The notes beneath the pieces were generated by a model, which was not told the DNA's origin, made no database searches, and worked only from the letters and a program-made list of their open reading frames with translations. 64,000 bases of DNA from a virus. Made by a program: the position numbers and the translations under genes. This document shows positions 57,774 through 64,000 of the stretch, one piece after another; positions within the stretch are counted from its first letter, which is position 1, and every line of letters begins with the position of its first letter. The DNA is taken from positions 1 through 64,000 of the IMG/VR virus record IMGVR_UViG_3300010397_000001; one strand, 5' to 3'.

Positions 57774-58093
57774 TCGAGGTGTACGGCGGCTACAGAATCA
57801 AGACCACTCAGTGGTGCCATGTGGAGTTGCACCTCCAGATATTCAACTGGCGCCTAGTAGCCGTGGAGCTGGGTGATCATCGTTACCCCGCCAACCTCCG
57901 TGGCTGGTGCTACCCGCACAATCAGTTCCTCATCGCTGTCATTCAGGCGTGCAACTGGGACGGCAGGCCAGACACCGAACCGAGTGGATGGGTCCGTGCC
58001 ATCGACACCATGGCAGTCAGAAGCCGTCCGGACTATGTGGAACGTCATAACGGCGAGCCACTGGCCGGCGTAACACAGATGTAGGAGAAGACA

Positions 58094-58714
58094 GTGGACA
58101 TCCCTATCCTCGGACAAGACAACAAGACCACAAAGGACGGTGAGGCGAAGGTAGCCATCCGGCAGGTGTTCGCCGTCATCTGTTCGGAACACGGCATCCT
58201 GGCCTACGATGCATCCAGAACACCGCTTCAGGAGAGCGGTATTGTGGCGGCGCACATCAAGATGCACGAAGAGTTCAACAAGCGCGCGGAAGACACGCTG
58301 TCGCGGATCAGGGCCAACACCAACGCTCGTGACAAGATGCAGTCGACATCGCTGTGTCAGTGCCCGTGCAGAGACCACACCGGTTGCATCCCGGAAGACC
58401 GCGAACACGTCGTCAAGGTGCCCGAAGGAGCCGATGGGTTCCCGTTCCCATCGATGATCTGTTGTGGGCCGTGCCGCGACTACTGGGCCTGGCGTGAAGA
58501 GGAGATGGCCAAGCAGCGCGCCGAGTGGGCCAAGCAGGACGAGGAGGCCGGCGAACCACTCCACACGGCGATGGAATGGTCCAAGATGGACAAGCTGTGG
58601 GAGATAAGCGACTGGGAAGGGTTCCGCGGCGTGCCGGCCAACGAGCGGATGACCAAGGACACCTACGAGAAGCGCAAGGCACTGTGCGTCGTCGCGCCCA
58701 GGGTGCAGCCGTGA
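58094..58714 (+). CDS. Cys-rich hypothetical protein
   Basis: CSEHG, CQCPC..H..C and CCGPC. Confidence 0.55.
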   Translation: MDIPILGQDNKTTKDGEAKVAIRQVFAVICSEHGILAYDASRTPLQESGIVAAHIKMHEEFNKRAEDTLSRIRANTNARDKMQSTSLCQCPCRDHTGCIPEDREHVVKVPEGADGFPFPSMICCGPCRDYWAWREEEMAKQRAEWAKQDEEAGEPLHTAMEWSKMDKLWEISDWEGFRGVPANERMTKDTYEKRKALCVVAPRVQP

Positions 58715-58944
58715 CCGACCTTGGTGAGATGTTCAAGAAGATCACAGAGTCGGTCGTTTTCACGCAACCGGCATCGCTGGCCTACCAGGGCAAGCGTGGA
58801 GCTACAGCCGACGAGTTCGAGAAGATGACCGACGAGCAGCTCGCCAAGTCCGTCACGGCTATCAACCTTCTTCGTGATGCCTGTGACGCCGAGTTCAGAC
58901 GTCGTCGAGGCAATGGCGGCAAGGTCGAGGACTAAACCGGACTC

Positions 58945-58983
58945 AAAGTAGCCAGCCCTTCGTGAACAGGGGCTGGCTACTTT
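58945..58983. terminator. Terminator hairpin upstream of terminase
   Basis: AAAGTAGCCAGCCC/GGGCTGGCTACTTT. Confidence 0.75.
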
Positions 58984-59021
58984 GTCATTCACCCCTAGAA
59001 TGACGGAGACACGATCAGGGG

Positions 59022-60560
59022 GTGGACATGACCGCAGCGGTTGCCGAAAAGCCGAAGCAGAAGCTCACGAAGGCACAGAAGTCCTTCATCATCCGACAAG
59101 CCGTTGAGAAGATGAAGGCTGAGCAGCGGCGCAATCTGCTGATGATGGCCATGCCTCGCCTGGTGATGCCGTACATCCCACATGTGCCGCATCCCACTCA
59201 GCAGGTATTCCTTTCACTGGGTAGATACCGCGAGGTGATGTTCGGTGGTGCTGCCGGCGGTGGCAAGTCGGACGCGTTGCTCATGGCGGCGCTTCAGTAT
59301 GTAGACGTTCCGGGATACGCAGCCTTGTTGCTCCGCCGGTCTTGGCCGGACCTGGTGCTTCCAGGCGCCATCATGGACCGAGCTGGTCAGTGGTTGGCAG
59401 ACACTCCAGCACGTAAGCGTGATGGTGGCCGCTTGTGGGAGTTTCCATCGGGAGCGCGCTTACAGTTCGGTTACCTGTCCACGGACAGCGACAAGTACCG
59501 CTACGCCAGTGCGGAGTTCCAGTTCATCGGCTTCGACGAGCTGACGCAGTTCCCTGAAGAAGACACCTATACGTTCCTATTCAGCCGTAACCGTCGTCCC
59601 AAGCTTGCTTGCCTGAATTGCCAAGAGCCGTTGGCGCGGTACGTCAATCGCAGTCGCGGCGAGACAAACCTCTATAAGCACAACACCACCAAGGGGCAGC
59701 TTGGCTGTCGGAAGGTCTACCCCGACCCCGCCACACTCCAGCAGTACAAACCAGCCAGTGACGGCACAACCCTGTTTGACGTACCCCTGCGAGTCCGTAG
59801 CGCGTCTAACCCGGGCGGCAGGGGTATGGAATGGGTCAAGCGTCGTTTGGTCGATTCTGGGACTCGTAGGGCCGGCACAGTGTTCGTGCCTTCGTACCTC
59901 ACCGATAACCCGTCGCTCGACCAGGATTCATATCGTGAATCACTGTCCTACCTGAACGCGGTGGAGCAGGCGCGACTTGAAGACGGCGACTGGGAGATGT
60001 CGGAGCCAGGCGACATGTTCGACCGCGCCGACTTCCTGTACGTGGAGCAGATGCCGGCCAACGTCGTAGCGCGCGTTCGGTTCTGGGATCTAGCTGCTAC
60101 CGAGAACCAGTCATCAGACTGGACTGTCGGCGTGCTGATGGCGTTGCTGGACAACGGTTACGTGGTGGTGGAGGACGTGGTTCGCTTGCGTGGCAAGCCG
60201 GACACCGTCGAAAAGACCATTCTCGCAACGGCGAAGATCGACGGCGTCAACGTGTCGATCCGGTACGAAGAGGAAGGTGGATCGTCCGGGCTGATCGTCA
60301 CGGACACCTATCGCAAGCTGCTCATCGGTTTCGACTTCGACGGCTTGCGACCTACTGGAACCAAGGCCGCACGAGCCAAGGGCTTCTCGTCCTATGTGGC
60401 ATCCAAGAAAGTGCTCTGCCTGCTACGCCCATGGGTGGGCGACTACATGCGCGAACTTGAGGCGTTCCCCAACAAGGGTGTGCACGATGACCAGGTGGAC
60501 GCCAGCTCTGGCGCGTTCAATGAGTTGGTCATGGGCACCCGCGTTCGATTGCTTGCCTGA
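59022..60560 (+). CDS. Terminase large subunit
   Basis: FGGAAGGGKS, GFDELTQF, ASNPGG, WDLAAT and HDDQVDA.S.A. Confidence 0.95.
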   Translation: MDMTAAVAEKPKQKLTKAQKSFIIRQAVEKMKAEQRRNLLMMAMPRLVMPYIPHVPHPTQQVFLSLGRYREVMFGGAAGGGKSDALLMAALQYVDVPGYAALLLRRSWPDLVLPGAIMDRAGQWLADTPARKRDGGRLWEFPSGARLQFGYLSTDSDKYRYASAEFQFIGFDELTQFPEEDTYTFLFSRNRRPKLACLNCQEPLARYVNRSRGETNLYKHNTTKGQLGCRKVYPDPATLQQYKPASDGTTLFDVPLRVRSASNPGGRGMEWVKRRLVDSGTRRAGTVFVPSYLTDNPSLDQDSYRESLSYLNAVEQARLEDGDWEMSEPGDMFDRADFLYVEQMPANVVARVRFWDLAATENQSSDWTVGVLMALLDNGYVVVEDVVRLRGKPDTVEKTILATAKIDGVNVSIRYEEEGGSSGLIVTDTYRKLLIGFDFDGLRPTGTKAARAKGFSSYVASKKVLCLLRPWVGDYMRELEAFPNKGVHDDQVDASSGAFNELVMGTRVRLLA

Positions 60561-60574
60561 ATCAAGGAGAAGAC

Positions 60575-60934
60575 ATGCCTGATCCATACCGCGTCCACCA
60601 AGACGCGCTTCAAGACCTCAAGAATATCGGCAAAGGTGGACACGGTTGGGTCATCCCTAACGGCACGGAGCCGGCTAAGTGCGGCGGTCCCAGGTACTGC
60701 CGTGAGTGTTCGTTGGAGCTGGCGCTGACCAAGTCACGTGACCGCGTCGTCATCACAGAGGGGTTGAAGATCGAAGCAGGCGACCGTTTGTTGCTGATCG
60801 CCCCTCCGACAGCAACGCAAGCTGACTTCGCCGAAATGGTGGAGAAGATGCGCGCCAAGTTCCCTGACGTTGACATCACGGTTGTGGCCGGCTTCACCGG
60901 AGTACAGGTTCATCGCCAGGAACCAGAGTTCTGA
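60575..60934 (+). CDS. Hypothetical protein
   Basis: GHGWV.P.....AKCGGP..C..C motif; RBS AAGGAG. Confidence 0.6.
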   Translation: MPDPYRVHQDALQDLKNIGKGGHGWVIPNGTEPAKCGGPRYCRECSLELALTKSRDRVVITEGLKIEAGDRLLLIAPPTATQADFAEMVEKMRAKFPDVDITVVAGFTGVQVHRQEPEF

Positions 60935-60957
60935 CAGCTACGATTTAGGGAAACTGA

Positions 60958-61134
60958 ATGGAAGACGAAAACAACGAGGGGAACTTGGCAGGTCCAGAGA
61001 TTGCGCAGATTATCTGCGCTCTCGCCGGTATTGCCTGCGGTGTGACTGGCACTCTGCTGGTGGGTGGTGTCGGCTGGATGCTGATATTCCTCTGCTTTGT
61101 CCTTTTCCTGACCGTGTACATCCTGGGTAAGTGA
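60958..61134 (+). CDS. Small two-TM membrane protein before portal (not in the ORF track)
   Basis: MEDENNEG...IICALAGIACG...WMLIFLCFVLFLTVYILGK. Confidence 0.55.
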   Translation: MEDENNEGNLAGPEIAQIICALAGIACGVTGTLLVGGVGWMLIFLCFVLFLTVYILGK

Positions 61135-61148
61135 CGTAAGGAGATCCG

Positions 61149-63587
61149 GTGCCGGAGTTCAAGTTCGCACCTTCGATTGTCAAGAGGGCCATCGGTGGTC
61201 GTGTGAACACCGGTGCCGGCAGTCCGACCTCTCACGCCATTGCAGGCTCGACTGCTGCCTTGGTTGGTCCATACGGCTCTGTGTTTGACCCTGCCCGCAA
61301 CGGCTGGGATGTTGACGAGGTCATGCGCCGCGGTCTCGAACGCGTGATCTGGGTATTCCGGTGTGTTGACGCCATCGCGAGCAATCAGTCGAAGCTTCAC
61401 ATGGTTGTGCGGCAAGGCGATCCGCTCGAAGGGCCGATCGTCAAGGACGTCAACCTGTTCAACCTGCTGAACATGCGAACCAACGACTACGAGACGTCAA
61501 TGCAGTGGCGGTACCGGCTTTCCGGTCAGCTACTGCTGTCGAAGCGCGGTGCTTTCATCGAAGTAGAGCGAGACGCATTCGGCATCCCGGTTGCGCTGCA
61601 CCTGTTGCCACCGTCCCATGTGGAGCCAATTCCGCACAAGGACAAGTTCGTCGATGGGTACCGGCTCACGATGGGCGATGGAAGTTACCGCGATCTGCCC
61701 AATGAGAAGGTGATCTGGCTTCGTTTGAAGCCACACCCCATCGACCCCTATGCGCAGTTGACGCCGATGACGGCTGCCGGTCTCGCGATGGAGACAGACT
61801 GGCTGGCACGGCTGTTCAACGCCAACTTCCTCCGCAACGATGGTCGGCCTGGCCTGGTGATCGGCATCAAGGGCAAGACGAATCCTCAGGATGCGAAAGA
61901 GATCAGGGACCGCTTCGGCAGCGGCGGTCCATCTCGCGCCGGCCGTGTTTCAGTCATTGAAGCTGACGACATCGTTGTGCAAGACCTCGGCGCTAATCCG
62001 CACGATCTTCAGTACCTACAGACAATCGCAGGCAGCAAAGAAGACATCCTGCTTGCCTTCGGTGTGTCGGAGTCAGTGCTTGGTAACGCCAGTGGCCGAA
62101 CGTTCGACAACGCCGACGCGGAGCTTGAAGGCTTCTGGTCCGAGACCATGACGTCGCACTGTGACCCGATGGCTCGTGGTCTCGACGACTTGACCGGTAG
62201 CACGACGGACAACAAGTTCGTCAGCTTCGACTACAACCGAGTCGCTGTACTTCAGCGGCACAAGCAAGCCAAGCTGGACAAGGCTCTGGCTAACTTCCAG
62301 GCCGGCACGATGACGCTTGACGAGTACTTCATCGAAATCGGCAAGGAACCGTGGGATGTGCCGGCGTCACGGGTGATCTACCTGTCCAATGGCGTGGTGG
62401 TGGCGCGTGACCAAGAGGACCAGGACGCCGTTGACAAGCTGCTGCCTCAGCCGATCATTCCGGCCATCATGGCTGGTGCGTTGGCTCAAGGAGGACAGCC
62501 GCCGGTTGGTGGCGCACCTGGACAACCACAGTTGCCTGGTGCTCAGCCGCCTGTGGGACAGGGACAGCCAGCCATCTCGCAGAACCCTCAGCAGGTCCCT
62601 GCCGGCTTCCAGGACATGATTGCCAACCGTGCTCGGCAGTTGGCGTTGACCGCACGTGCTAGCAAGGGTTACACCCCTGTGCGCCCACGTGTCCAGGTCA
62701 TCGAACGCAAGGAAGGTCATCCCTACGAGACAATCCGTGAACGGTATGAAGGGATGTTCAACGGCGCTATCGAGGTGTGGTCGGTTCAGCAGGCCGACTT
62801 CTTCACTGATCGCCTGGACACAACCAGCGTGCGGCGAAACACTCGTCACTGGTCAGTTGACGACAGTACGGAAATCGTCGGCGTCAAGGCACTCGACCCG
62901 TCGAAGGTGGTGGACGACAAACGGTGGACCGGTGATCTCGTTCGCGGAATGTCTTCCATGATGTCCAAAGTGGTTTTCCGTGCCATCAAGGACAGCGCAA
63001 CTCAGATGGACAACATGGGCGTTCTTCGTGTCATGAACGCGAACGGCCTGGGGAGCACGCAGGGGCGTACGAAGGCTGCCAGGGTATACGGGACTACCGA
63101 AGCCATGGAAACGGCCGTCACAGACCTCCTGACACCCCTAAACTGGGTCGTCGAACAGGCCGCTACGGCGCAGTTGGCCAGGATCAAGGAGAAAATCGCC
63201 ACGCTGGACGCTGACGGAAAATCGATGGCGTTCATCAAACGTGAGGTGGCCAGCGCCGCTGGACGAAATTCCGACTGGCGATCCAACCTGGCTCGGTTCC
63301 TGACTACTTCACTGGTTGAAGGCGCCCAGTACAAGACGTGGAGTCAGGCTGGCGATCTGGTAGATCACACGTGGAACACCGTCGAAGACGAGAAGGTGCG
63401 CCACACCCACCGGGAGATCGACGGAACCACGATCCCCATCGGCGTTGACTTCAAGGTGGGTGGTGAGCATGCACCGTACCCGGCTTACCACGGGCTATCG
63501 ATGAAGGAAAAGGCCGGCTGCCGCTGCTGGACCGGCTATGCCATCTCGGACAAGGGGGCTGGCGCGTATGACCGGTTGGCAAGCTGA
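61149..63587 (+). CDS. Portal protein fused to a MuF/gpF-like head morphogenesis domain
   Basis: VFRCVD.IA, NF..N.GRPG, I..AFGV..S.LG portal motifs; C-terminal W.T..D.KVR.TH...DG...F.VGG...YP...CRC. Confidence 0.9.
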   Translation: MPEFKFAPSIVKRAIGGRVNTGAGSPTSHAIAGSTAALVGPYGSVFDPARNGWDVDEVMRRGLERVIWVFRCVDAIASNQSKLHMVVRQGDPLEGPIVKDVNLFNLLNMRTNDYETSMQWRYRLSGQLLLSKRGAFIEVERDAFGIPVALHLLPPSHVEPIPHKDKFVDGYRLTMGDGSYRDLPNEKVIWLRLKPHPIDPYAQLTPMTAAGLAMETDWLARLFNANFLRNDGRPGLVIGIKGKTNPQDAKEIRDRFGSGGPSRAGRVSVIEADDIVVQDLGANPHDLQYLQTIAGSKEDILLAFGVSESVLGNASGRTFDNADAELEGFWSETMTSHCDPMARGLDDLTGSTTDNKFVSFDYNRVAVLQRHKQAKLDKALANFQAGTMTLDEYFIEIGKEPWDVPASRVIYLSNGVVVARDQEDQDAVDKLLPQPIIPAIMAGALAQGGQPPVGGAPGQPQLPGAQPPVGQGQPAISQNPQQVPAGFQDMIANRARQLALTARASKGYTPVRPRVQVIERKEGHPYETIRERYEGMFNGAIEVWSVQQADFFTDRLDTTSVRRNTRHWSVDDSTEIVGVKALDPSKVVDDKRWTGDLVRGMSSMMSKVVFRAIKDSATQMDNMGVLRVMNANGLGSTQGRTKAARVYGTTEAMETAVTDLLTPLNWVVEQAATAQLARIKEKIATLDADGKSMAFIKREVASAAGRNSDWRSNLARFLTTSLVEGAQYKTWSQAGDLVDHTWNTVEDEKVRHTHREIDGTTIPIGVDFKVGGEHAPYPAYHGLSMKEKAGCRCWTGYAISDKGAGAYDRLAS

Positions 63588-64000
63588 CATCGAGCGACTT
63601 CACAACCTTCGCGAACAGATGCTGTCAGAACTCACGCGCTATCAGTCCAATTTCAATGTGCCGGTCTACAACTTCGACGGCACGAGGATTAAAAGTGCTG
63701 AAGAGCTGGCGGCCGCAACAGGGATGCCCTTATCAGAGGCTGTCGAGCGTATGAGCCGTTACCCTTATGAAAGAGAGGTAAAGGACGTCCATAGCGCCTC
63801 TGCTGAAGAAGCGCTATCCGTGGGTGTCGGCACAGTTGTTGAACGAGCGGCGAAGTTGGTTCGCCGCAAGAAGCGAAAGACGAGGACGACATGAGGGTTG
63901 TTACCAAGTCGGCTCCCACCGTCACGGTGACCAAGAGCACGATCACCGGTCTGATGACGGACATCACGCCGACGCAGAACAAGCAGTTCCGCTTCGACGG

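Larger units (their letters stand above)
4660..63320. repeat. Dispersed palindromic motif TTCA-N5-TGAA (49 exact copies counted by eye)
   Basis: All start positions are listed in the first finding. Confidence 0.85.

Noticed and set aside
4660-63320. TTCA-N5-TGAA as a restriction site or canonical parS
   Set aside because: Restriction sites are usually depleted in phages rather than enriched; parS has a fixed 2-bp CG centre and is clustered rather than dispersed

Overview
A GC-rich segment of a large actinobacteriophage genome, most likely a myovirus (baseplate J-like gene; WhiB, DnaE-type polymerase and actinobacterial-style promoter). The order is: end of the baseplate/tail-fibre module and lysis genes (1-9.3 kb); a minus-strand primase/helicase unit (9.5-12.5 kb); a divergent control region; a long plus-strand early/middle region (AAA+/VWA pair, SSB, processive GT2 synthase, DnaE, WhiB, RecA, Cas4-like and RuvC-like nucleases, ParB-DUF4417-like protein, agmatinase with a histone-like tail, JAB protease, kinase, GNAT, papain-like protease, Acb2/Tad1-like protein, UDG, many small Cys-rich ORFs); then terminase and portal-MuF (59-63.6 kb). 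No integrase or CRISPR array was seen. The most unusual signals are: (1) a 13-bp palindrome TTCA-N5-TGAA, counted by eye 49 times across the window in both genes and spacers; (2) tRNA-shaped RNAs whose anticodon arm is replaced by large inserts; (3) a 500-600 nt highly structured non-coding region; (4) a bare LPXTG sorting-signal peptide coupled to a hyaluronan/chitin-synthase-like gene; (5) an agmatinase-histone H1-like fusion. All family assignments come from motif recognition by eye, not from database searches.
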